Source: Octopus sinensis (lineage: Eukaryota). Taken from it: DNA of 64,000 nt. This document shows positions 33,801 to 46,139 of this stretch, one piece after another. The notes under the pieces were generated by a model. That model saw only the letters and a program-made list of their open reading frames with translations, made no database searches and was not told where the DNA came from. The stretch spans positions 3,782,001 through 3,846,000 of the forward strand of contig NC_043023.1 in the NCBI RefSeq assembly GCF_006345805.1. The letters run 5' to 3'. How positions within the stretch are numbered: position 1 is the stretch's first letter; every line of letters begins with the position of its first letter. The position numbers were made by a program, and so were the translations under genes.

Positions 33801-36800
33801 TATATGTTTTCCAATAATATAAAAGCTTTCAAATCAAGTGGCAACATTTTAGAGAAGGTAAATATACAGATAAAGATGTAGATTTAAATTTTAGGAACAT
33901 ATGAGGTTGTGAAGTTCAGTTGTGTATATATATATATTTATCTTTTCTACAAAGCATTTCTCCTCTTTTTACTCCATCCAAACAGGACTGCTATGCTCGA
34001 GTTCTGGATTACCGTAGGAAATTTATTGAAGCCGCCCAGCGATATAACGAACTATCATCCATCATTACCGAGAGCGAGAGAATGAATGCTCTGAAAAAGG
34101 CCCTCATTTGTACCATCCTGGCTTCTGCAGGTAAGTCTTTACTGTGTCATAGGATAATATTTCTACGTTTTGCACCTTTTATTTTTTTTTTTTGCTTGGT
34201 TGCTTTCGTCTTGATCCAGCAGATCTATAGACCCATGAGAAGTATCCCAGCTGTGTTGGGCCTCACAGGGGCAATGACCAAGACCTTTGGCATTATGTCA
34301 TGCTTGAGAAGAAGACCCATCAAGCTGAGCAAAGTTGCATCATCATCATCATTGTTCGACCGTGGTCGAGACAATGGAATTTACCATGCTACGCTAGACC
34401 TCACAGTCCATCATAGCATTATGGAGGTCCTGTTGCTGGATGCCTGTATCCCTGGAGATTACATCAGGGTAGGAGAGTGTGCGCTCTCTGGTATCGCAAC
34501 CGTGGTCGAGACATGGGAATTTACCATGCTACGCCAGACTTCACGGTCCATCATAGCATTACGGAGGTCCTGTTGCTGGATGCCTGTATCCCTGGAGATT
34601 ACATCAGGGTAGGAGAGTGTGCGCTCTCTGGTATCGCAACCGTGGTCGAGACATGGGAATTTACCATGCTACGCCAGACTTCACGGTCCATCATAGCATT
34701 ACGGAGGTCCTGTTGCTGGATGCCTGTATCCCTGGAGATTACATCAGGGTAGGAGAGTGTGCGCTCTCTGGTATCGCAACCGTGGTCGAGACATGGGAAT
34801 TTACCATGCTACGCCAGACTTCACGGTCCATCATAGCATTACGGAGGTCCTGTTGCTGGATGCCTGTATCCCTGGAGATTACATCAGGGTAGGAGAGTGT
34901 GCGCTCTCTGGTATCGCAACCGTGGTCGAGACATGGGAATTTACCATGCTACGCCAGACTTCACGGTCCATCATAGCATTACGGAGGTCCTGTTGCTGGA
35001 TGCCTGTATCCCTGGAGATTACATCACGGTAGGAGAGTGTGTGCCCTCTGGTATCGCGACCGTGGTCGAGACAATGGAATTTACCATGTTACGCCAGACT
35101 TCACGGTCCATCATAGCATTATGGAGGTCCTGTTGCTGGATGCCTGTATCCCTGGAGATTACATCAGGGTAGGAGAGTGTGCGCCCTCTGGTATCGCGAC
35201 CATGGTTGAGACAATGGAATTTACCATGCTACGCCAGACTTCACAGTCCATCCTAGCATTACAGAGGTCCTGTTGCTGGATGCCTGTATCCCTGGAGATT
35301 ACATCAGGGTAGGAGAGTGTGCGCTCTCTGGTATCGCGAGCAGATGGCTTCCAGAGGAGAAGAGTAGAAATTACCTCGTTTTCAATTCTACAACAATGTC
35401 CAGCAAACTGGACTCTCCTACCTTTCACAAGAGATGACACAGGTGGTAGTTTCCCATATATTTGCATTTTGGTTGGATGACGCTTCCACGAGAGATTTTG
35501 AGCTCTTGTAAGGAGGCGAGTGTAGGTTCCATCCAACCGCCTCTCAAGCTTCTTTGATAACGTCCAGGTTTCTAAGCCATATAGTAGAATTGGTTCGACT
35601 GGCTTTGAAGATTTCAACTTTGAAGTCTCTACTTAGATATGATGACCAGATCTTATGTAATATTTTGTCTTCATCATCATTGTTCGACCGTGGTCGAGAC
35701 AATGGAATTTACTATGTTACGCCAGACTTCACAGTCCATCATAGCATTATGGAGGTCCTGTTGCTGGATGCCTGTATCCCTGGAGATTACATCAGGGTAG
35801 GAGAGTGTGCGCCCTCTGGTATTGCAAGCAGATGGCTTCCAGAGGAGAAGAGTAGAAATTACTTCTTTTTCAGCTCTACAATAATGTCCAGCAAACTGGA
35901 CTCTCCTACCTTTCACAAGAGATGATACAAGTGGTAGTTTCCCATATATTTGTACTTTGGTTGGATGACACTTCCACGAGAGATTTTGAGCTCTCATAAG
36001 GAGGCGAGTGTAAGTTCCATCCAACCGCCTCTGAAGCTTCTTTGATAACATCCAGGTTTCTGAGCCATATAGTAGAGCAAAGTCGCAGTCATGGTAGATA
36101 CCGATGCCACGCAAATGGTACCTGTGGCAGTGGAACGTAAAAGCACCCGTTACACTCTCGGAGTGGTTGGCATTGGGAAAGGCATCTAGCCGTAGAAAAC
36201 CATGCTAAATCAGACTGGAGTCTGGTGCGCCTTTCCAGCTTAGCTGTTTAGCAAAAGGGACAGACAGAATAAGTTCAAGGCTTAAGAAAATAATTACTGG
36301 AGTCCATTCATTTGACTAAAAAATCCAAGGTGGAGCACCAGCATGGCCACAGTCTAATGACTGAAACAAGTAAAAGAACACACATATATACAAACATACC
36401 TGTGCAGTTTTCTGTATATTTCTACCCCCAACTCCCTTCACTGCTCTCTGACCAGACCTATCTAGCCACCCAACCATAGAAAGAGATGTATGAAAATGGT
36501 TTGTAATTTGTTCTTCCTAAATGAAATATCTATGTTTAAATTTGCTTTTTTGTCGCCTGTTACAGGTCAACAGAGGTCGCGCATGTTGGCCACATTGTTT
36601 AAAGATGAGCGTTGTCAACGGTTACCTGCATATAACATACTGGAGAAAATGTGAGTCTTGTTGCTATTTTTGTTTGTTTGCCCTCTCTCTCTCTCTCTCT
36701 CTCTCTCCCTCCCCACAAACACACAGAATATGGTCCCTGTAAGACATAGGCAATTTAAGCCTTTTGTTATTGTATTTCTGTTGTATAACGCAGGCTTTAT

Positions 36801-39223
36801 TCTTTTACTTGTTTCAGTCATTTGACTGTGGCCATACTGGAACATAAAAGTTTTGATGGAAGATTTTAATTTGGTTTGCAAGATTCTTTTATGTGAATTT
36901 GTGTATTGAAACAAGTTTTGTTCTGTCTAGAACTTTGACAAACAAAAATAAAACAATTGGTTTTAATTTAAATCATTCAGATTTCTTAGTGAAATGCTTA
37001 TTAATTCACATTGTTTAGAATTAATTCTGCATTGTCTTGTAGCTTCAAGATTTCAATGATGTGATTGTACATTTTTAGAATGGGATTGGAGGAGGGGTAT
37101 GAGGTGGGACCTGGTCAGTTTTAGCATAAAACAGAATATTGGGGCCAGTTATGGCCAGTTTAAATATTAACCCTTTCGTTACCAAACCGCCCAAAGCCGC
37201 CCGAAAAAAATTTTGGTTCATGTGACCAAGCCGCCCGTATTTACCTATTCATATTTAAATGGGAATATCAGAGCAAATCTCTTTAGTACATTCGTGAAAA
37301 CACGTATTATACTTCGTAAACAGTTCATCTACAGTTTTGTACAAAAATCGAAGTGTAATTTTAATTCCGTGAATTTTAGGAGATTTTTTCCCGAAATTTG
37401 TTCCTATTGTGTTTTCAAAATTTGCAATTCTGACAAAAAATGGATATGAATTTCATTATATCAAGCAGTGAGTCAGAATTCGAAGGATTTTCTACTGAAG
37501 ACCTTCATAAATCTAACTCTATGACTGAAAAAAAAAAAGCACGTGGTATTTGATAATGAATCCGATGTTTCATTTTCCGAAAATGAATCTGAGAGCTCCG
37601 ACAGCGATAAAGAAAATGAATTGGCACCTGAATGGAATGAAAATTTAAAAACTGTTTCTTTCAGTGATTTTTCTGAAGAAACTGGACCAAGCCACAGACT
37701 TTCCCAGGAGAGTAAAGCCTTAGACTATTTCTTTTTACTTTTTCAAATGAGCCTATTTGAAATCATTACGGCGGAAATGAACCGTTACGCTAAATGTAAA
37801 TAAAGCGAAAGAAAGGATAGTTTGTTGTTTCCCACAACCTTAAATGAAATTAAGGCCTATTTTGCCATAAATATTATTATGGGTATCAGAAAGTTACCCA
37901 TAAATATTATTATGGGTATCAGAAAATTACGGCGGAAACGAACCGTTATGCTAAATGTAAACATAGCAAAAGAAAGGATAGTTTGTGGTTTCCCACAACC
38001 TTAAATGAAATTAAGGCCTATTTTGCCATAAATATTATTATGGGTATCAGAAAGTTACCCAGAATACCAAATTCTATAGTAAAATTTTGTTGTATACCCA
38101 ATTGAATATTAGCTAATAACCCATTTTCTATAGCGATGCTTGAACAAAATTTTAATAATTTTATATTTTGTTGAATTTACCTGTATCTACCTGCAATTAG
38201 AGTCACTTTGTGACAAAAATTATAGTATAGAATTGGTTGAGAACATTTCATTAAATTATCTTCCAAAAATCACATTAATATATTGATAAATAAAAAAGTT
38301 ATAGTTGTTTAATTAAACCAGACTAAATTTATGATTATGTTAGAAATTAATTGAAACACATAAGGGGTGTATTTTGGTCAGAAATATAGTAACGAAAGGG
38401 TTAAAAAGTAAAAAGGCGAAGTTTGCATCGTAGAACTAAGGTCAGTCTCAGACAGCTTGGTATCAAAATGATAAACATTATTCAAAAAGAAGGGATTGGG
38501 AACAGAATCCTGACAGATACCAGGTGGCGTACTAAATTCATTGTGAAGGTGCTGGGCTTAGTGGTTTGGGTGTTGTACTCCTGATCATAGGATTGCGGTT
38601 TCAATTCCTGGATGACACATTGTATTCTAAAACAAAACACTTGATTTCATGTTGCTCCAGTTCACTCAGCTGGCAAAAGTGAGTAACACTGCGATGGCCT
38701 GGTGTCCCATCCAGGTGGGAATATATGTACGTCAGAGTAATTAGGGAACCAGCCCTTTGCTCCTTACAGAATAATGTGGACTAACCATACTAAATTCATT
38801 GCTAACACTTACCTTGTTTTTCATTCTTTCCGGATCCTGTTGATCCCTCTTTTTTTCCTACAATAAAGGGTTTCTCTCCTCTCTATTGGCTCCTAACACA
38901 TCAATATCTAGGAAAAACAACTGTTTTACTTACTCTCCTATTGTGGGTGTCTTCTTGTCAGCTTAAAAACACAGATCATTTGCACACTCTTTCCTCCTAC
39001 TCACTAAATTACTTCCTGGTGTCTGTCAGTATGTCTGTCTGTCTATCTGGCCGTCTGTCCATCTATTTATCAATCTGTGTGTCCATCTGTCTATCTATCT
39101 GTCTTTCTGTTCATCTATTTATCTGTCTCTCTTACTGTCTGTCTCCATCTATTTATCAATTTATCTGTCTATTTATCTTTAAGTCCATATGTCTGTCTAT
39201 CTATCCATCTATCTATCTATCTA

Positions 39224-39267
<44 letters not shown>

Positions 39268-39556
39268 ATCTATCTATCATCTATCTATCTATCTATCTAT
39301 CTACCTATCTCCCTCCCTATCTATCTATCAATCTTGTCTGTCTGTCTGTCTATCTATCAGTTCGTATGTCTGTCTATCTAGCCGTCTGTCTGTCTGTCCA
39401 TCTATTTATCAATCTGTCTGTCTGTCCATCCATCTATCTATCCATCTGTCTGTCTGTCTATCTATCTGTCTGTCTGTCTGTCTATCTATCTGTCTATCTG
39501 TCTGTCTGTCTGTCTATCTATTTATCTATCTATCCATCTGTCTGTCTGTCTATCTA

Positions 39557-39589
<33 letters not shown>

Positions 39590-42500
39590 TTATCTATCTA
39601 TCCATCTGTCTGTCTGTCTATCTATCTGTCTATCTGTCTGTCTGTCTGTCTATCTATTTATCTATCTATCCATCTGTCTGTCTGTCTGTCCATCCATCCA
39701 GCTATCTGTCTGTCTGTTTGTCCATCTGTTTATCAATCTGTCTATCCATCCATCCCTCTCTCTCTCACTCTCTCTCTTTCCCTCTCCTATTCACTGACCC
39801 CCCCTAATACCTTTCTCTTCTCCCTTAGGTACTTGGACCGTATCATCCGAAGCAATGACCTCCAAGAGTTTTCTGAAATGCTGCAACAACACCAGAAAGC
39901 CATAACTGCTGATGGTGAGTCTCTGATTGCTGCCAGTGGTATTGGTGGTGGTGGTGGTGGTGGTGGTGGTGGTGGAGGTGGTGGTGGTGGTGGTGGTGGT
40001 GGTGGTGGTGGAGGTGGTGGTGGTGGTTGGTGGTGGTGGTGGTGGTGGTGGTGGTGGTATTGTGGTGGTGGTGGTGGTGGTGGTGGTGGTGGTGGGAGTA
40101 GTGATCTATGTATGTAGTGGTGATAGTCATGATGTGCAGGCGATGATATAGTGGTGTGAGAGGAGGAGGAGTAGTAGTAGTAGTGGTGGTGGTGGTGGTG
40201 GTGGTGGTGGAAGTTGTGGTGGTAGTAGTAGTAGTGGTGGTGGTAATAATAGTGGTGGTGGTGGAGATGGTGGTGGTGGTGGTGGTGGTGGTGGGGTATT
40301 TGGTGGTGGTGGTGGTGGTGGTGTTGTGGTGGTGGTGGTGGTGGTGGTGGTATTGTGGTGGTGGTGGTGGTGGTGTGGTGGTGGTGGTGGTGGTGGTGGT
40401 GGTGGTGGTGGTGGTATTGGTGGTGGTGGTGGTGGTGGTGGTGGTTGGTGGTGGTGGTGGGAGTAGTGATCTATGTATGTGTGGTGATAGTCATGATGTG
40501 CAGGCGATGATATAGTGGTGTGAGAGGAGGAGGAGTAGTAGTAGTAGTGGTGTGGTGGTGGTGGTGGTGGTGGAAGTTGTGGTGGTAGTAGTAGTAGTGG
40601 TGGTGGTAATAATAGTGGTGGTGGTGGAGATGGTGGTAGAAAAGGAAAGATTTGGCTGCTATTTCTTGCATGCTCTGCTACCACATAACAGGTATTTTGG
40701 GTCCTTTATCGCAAATAGCTGTTACGTGGTAGCAGGGCATGCTAGAAATAGCAGCCAAATATCGCAATAACTACTGCTCCAATTTATGCAAAACTTGTTT
40801 CGTTTCATTTGTATGAACATTTCAGGGTAAACTTAATTCATAGTATTTTGCCATTATGCACCAGTTTGGCTGGGTAACATTGCAAGCAAGCAAGCAAGAT
40901 TCAAACTGACTTTTAATGTATTATAGAGGTAGGGTGTATATATGAATGTGTGAGTGTGCTTATATATCTATTTAGCTATCTATACGTGTGTGTGTGTATA
41001 TAATTTGTGTATGTATATATAATATAATATATGTGTGTATAATAATTAATCCCTTCTCTTATTGTCAGGCTCCACGATCCTTGACCGTGCTGTCATAGAA
41101 CACAACCTGCTGTCAGCCAGTAAGCTATACAACAACATATCATTCACAGAGCTAGGGGCCTTGCTGGAGATTGAACCACTGAAGGTAAATTTTGTGTTTC
41201 TGTCTCAGCTCCTCACTTCTCTTGCACTCCCATTAATCATTGTTTACTAATCCAAAATATTCATCATCATCATCATTTAGCATCTACTCTCTATGCTGGC
41301 ATAGGTTGGATGGTTTGACTGAAAACTGGTGAGCCTGTACCAGATTCTGATCTGATTTGACATGGTTTCTACAGCTGGAGAAAGGTAGCTCTCCTAACTC
41401 AGACCTGGTCTGAGTGGAGGCTGTCCTTGAAAGGGAGGGCAGAGGTGTTTATTACCTCTGTAATCACTTACCGCCTGACCGTCGTGCCTTGCCCCAATTC
41501 GTGACTGAACAAGCTGGTTTGCATGGTCTTTCGCTTTTTGTGAAGGGGCAGCAGACCTCTTGTAAGGCGCTCTATCTGCTGCCATAAGCCGCTGAAGGAT
41601 GGGCTAAGGATGCTGTGGCTAAAAATGCGCAGACATGCGCTCGGGCTTAAGCACCTCTGGCTTTTCCTAGACGGTGAGCAGGTGTGGTCTCCGTTCGTCA
41701 AGCTGTTATTTCCACAGTTCACATCGTTTACCAAACTGAACCCATGGATCAAGTGTAGACCAAGGTTGGGTGTGTGGCATACAGAGTGCCATCGGGCACT
41801 CGTGCTTCTCTCCCAGTCGGGCAATGCCAGTGGCGGGGATACTTCAATGTTTGTTTTGTCCATGTCATCCCCTTTTTCTCACCCTCATGGTTAATAAAGA
41901 AATTGACTTGACACCAGCATTGGGACGGCTACGGTCTCACTTGGCTTGACCAGTCTACACAAGCACGGTATATCGCCAAAAGTCTTGGTCACCTGTCACT
42001 ACCTTCATGCGGCCCAATGCTCAAATGGTGCTTTTTACCTGCCACCAGTACAGGTGCCAGTCAGGCAGCACTGGCATCGGCCACAACTAAGATTTCTCTC
42101 AGTTCAACAGGTTTTCACAAGCATAGCATGACCTTTGAACATTGGGCCTCACAGAGGCAATGATGAAAGACCAAAGACCTCTGGAGATATGCTGTGACTG
42201 TGAAGACCCAACAAATGAAGTGAGTTCATGGCTCGCAGGACGGCCTGCTGTGCTTACCTTGGATTGTAGGGTGACCTGCTGTGCTTGAGGAGACCTATTG
42301 AGTCAAGAACATCAACATCAAAATAGAAATCAAATGGAAATTGTAGATGCGATACCTGTGCGGTGGCACATAAAAATCACCATCTGAACATGGCCGATGC
42401 CAGTGCCACCTTGACTGGCTTCCGTGCTGGTGGCACGTAAAAAGGACCCACTACACTCACGGAGTGGTTGGCATTAGGAAGGGCATCCAGCTGTAGAAAC

Positions 42501-45500
42501 ACAACCAGATCAGACTGGAACCTGGTGCAGCCTCTTAGCTTCCCAAACCCCGGTCGAACCATCCAACCCATGCTAGCGTGGAAAACGGACGTTAAACAAT
42601 GATGATGTGTATATGAGTAAATGTAAGGATGAGATAGTTAAGCAAGTCGATATACACAGAATTTACTCTTTACTCTTTTACTTGTTTCAGTCATTTGACT
42701 GCGGCCATGCTGGAGCACCGCCTTAATCGAGCAACTCGACCCCAGGACTTATTCTTTGTAAGCCAGTACTTATTCTATCGGTCTCTTTTGCTGAACCGCT
42801 AAGTTACGGGACGTAAACACACCAGCATCGGTGTCAAGCAATGCTAGGGGACAAACACAAACATACACGCACACATATATACATATATACGACGGGCTTC
42901 TTTCAGTTTCCGTCTACATCCACTCACAAGGCTTTGGTCGGCCCGGGGCTATAGTAGAAGACACTTGCCCAAGATGCCACGCAGTGGGATGAACCCGGTA
43001 CCATGTGGTTGGTAAACAAGCTACTTCCACACAGCCACTCCTGCGCCTATACATTAACCCTAGTGTTAAACCCGGCCAAACCAAAATATTCTACCTATTT
43101 TATGTTCAAACTAGTCAGATATGGTCATTCATACCACTTATTGTGTCATTTTAAAAATAAACAATCACATCATTGAAATCTCAAGCCATGAAATGATGCA
43201 AGATTAATTTTACATGGTGTGAATACATAAGCTTTACATTTGACAGAATAATCTGAATGCTAAAGGGTTAATACAAAAAACGTATGTATGTATGCTTATA
43301 AAAAAATGCATATAAAAAACTTGCTCCTCCTTACATTTACTCCTTTACCTGCTCAAGTTCAAGTCTCTTGAGCACTACGAAGTGTATTCTATATAGAGAA
43401 TAGCTGTCTCTAATCTATAAACTATATATACTAGCAGTATAGCCCAGTGTTGCTCGGGCTTGTTTTCTTTTTGACCCTTTAGAAGTAAATTTTGCATTAT
43501 GTAGTTTGTTATTCTCTTTAAGTGAACATTTTTCTGGTTGAAATACACCGAAAAATGGCGACACAGCAGTCAAAAACTCGTAAAAAATAGGGATTTTCAT
43601 AGAAAAAAAAGCACCTTTTTCATGTAAATAATTTTGGTGTTAACATGGTCCGATTTTAATTTTTTCTTCTATGGAAGGAAGAGCAAGCCTTCTTCTATCA
43701 TACTCTCAATTTTGGTCAAATTACGCCACAAGGGTCTTGGAGGAGATAGTGTTAGTTGAAAACTACCAAACCTGCCACACACACACACATACATACATAC
43801 ATGTTGGTGTTAGGAAGAGCATCCAGCCATAGAAACCATGCCAAATCAGACTGGAACTTGGTGCAGCTCTCTACACACACACATATATATATATATATGA
43901 TGGGCTGCTTTAGTTTCCGTGGAGGCGCTTGGCTTAGTGGTTAGGGTGTCAGCATCATGATTGTAAGATTGTGGTTTCGATTCCTGGACTGGGCGACACG
44001 TTGTGTTCTTGAGCAAAACACTTCATTTCATGTTGCTCCCGTCCACTCAGCTGGCAAAAATGAGTAACACTGTGATGGACTGGCATCCCGTCCGGCTGGG
44101 GAACCCATACGCCATAGAAACCCGGGAAACTGGGCCCATAAACCTGGCTAGGCTTTAAAAGGGCGCATTTATTATTTTTTTTTATATCCATGCATAAGGA
44201 TTTGGTTGGTCAGAGGCTATAGTTGAAAACACTTGCGTAAGTTGCCACCCAGTGGGACTGAACCTGAAAACTATATGGTTAGGAAGTCAACTTCTTACCA
44301 CACAGCCAAGCCTGCTCACCTAATAAAACTGTTGTTGTTATTTGTGTTGTCATAGTTACTGTGTCATTTCTTTGTCCTTCCAGGCTGAGAAAATAGCTTC
44401 CCAGATGATAACCGAAGGACGTATGTCTGGATCAGTTGACCAGATAGCATCAATTGTACATTTTGAAAGTAAGTATTGATCTAGTATTGATCTTGTGTTG
44501 ATTGGTTAATCTCAGTTTGTGAAAACACAAAAGATTCGCTCCCTCCCTTTCTTTCAAATATAGCAGCCAAACCTACCTCATAAAACACATAATTATATGA
44601 AGGTCAGAGCCTAGAGGAGAATCTCTCTGCTTGCTTTTTGCTGTTCAGAAATAGCTCAGAGTTACAAATAGTTTCATGCTTTATGGTACATTAAATTGGC
44701 AGGTTTATATGACCTGCCATGTATTTCCAAGCAATCTTTCAGGCCTATCTGTGCCTTATCAGTATTTGCAAAGGGCAGTCATCGTTCCCATCTCCAGCCT
44801 GACGTCATACACACAGACCCGTGTTTCTGGGTATTGACCTGTCATCAGCATGTGACAACTACCAGTTGGCGATGGGAAGTGATTCTCAATGCAAATATAT
44901 ATATACCGTAAATCCTCGAGTATAGTCCATCCTTGAGTATAATACGCAGGGGAGTTTCAGGGGGTTGTACCTCTGAAAAGCCTAAACCTTGTATATAATA
45001 CGCACCCCTTCTTTAACTTGAGTTGTGCGTAATTAAGCCAGCAGCACTTAATCGAACAGGCACTTCTGTGCATGCATAATACAAAAATAGTGATGTTCTT
45101 AACTGTTATATGGGAATGTAAATATGTTTGCAAATTGTTTTTGTTACATGTTATTCTGTGTTCTGAATACTTTTATTTTAATAAATGTTGCTTACTGCAA
45201 GTTATGGACGATTCTTTTATGACTTCATTGCTTTCAGGCTTAGCTTAAGGTATTTTCACGCCCAACATCATAAAATGCGTCTGAATAAACATTGCCAGAC
45301 AGCAATTAGAGACTCGGACATTGCTTAGAAAATAATTTTCATTTTTAACCTCGTATATAGTACGCACTAGGGATTTTGACCTTTAAATTTTGGGAGAAAA
45401 GTGCAGATTATACTCGAGGATTTATGGTATATATTTCCCTTTTCCAGTGACGAAAAGCCACTGATCTCAAGGGCAAATCCCAGATGTTTCCTCTTGGAGC

Positions 45501-46092
45501 ACATCTGCTTATTCCATTATTACAATCCAATATGTAGTCTCAGTTGCTGCTTTCTTTTTAGTCAATATATATTAAAATTGAGAATTATGGAAGAGTATTT
45601 GCAAAGTTACTGTATAACAAAACAAGAAATTGGAATAGGAGAGTATTGTAGTTCACTTGAAGCATTGTATATTGTTTGTAAAGAATAAAATGTTTTGGAT
45701 GGTACAACAATACACTATAATACAGAGAATGGGCTATAAGAACTGTTGTAATTTAACCATCCATAGTCTGAAGATATTTTGGAATAAAATTCCTTCCTCG
45801 GATATCACTAGGATTGCTTGGAAATCATGTTGAATTTCCCTGGGAAATATTCTTTCCAACTCTTCTACCTAAATTCTTTAAGGAGCTGTACATGTTAGAT
45901 AGATATGCGCAGGAGTAGCTGTGTGGTAAGTAGCTTGCTTACCAACCACATGGTTCCAGGTTCAGTCCCACTGCATGTCACCTTTGGCAAGTGTCTTCTA
46001 CTGTAGCCACGGGTTGACCAAAGCCTTGCGAGTGGATTTGGTAGACGGAAACTGAAAGAAGCCCATCGTATATATGTGTGTAGGTATATATA

Positions 46093-46139
<47 letters not shown>

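Noticed and set aside
33920-34612. 230-aa ORF as a COPS4-LINE fusion protein
   Set aside because: This is read-through past the canonical exon 6 donor into antisense LINE sequence. The correct splice sites explain the gene.
34361-35340. Regular 140-bp array as a CRISPR or a tandem gene family (91-aa ORFs)
   Set aside because: There are no unique spacers and the context is eukaryotic. The unit is the antisense of a LINE 3' end.
45401-45688. 95-aa ORF (SDEKPLIS...CFLLEHI) as an in-frame alternative CSN4 C-terminus
   Set aside because: Exon 10 ends in phase 1, but this frame needs a phase-2 join at the only good acceptor. The resemblance to CFQVNNLLEKI is weak.
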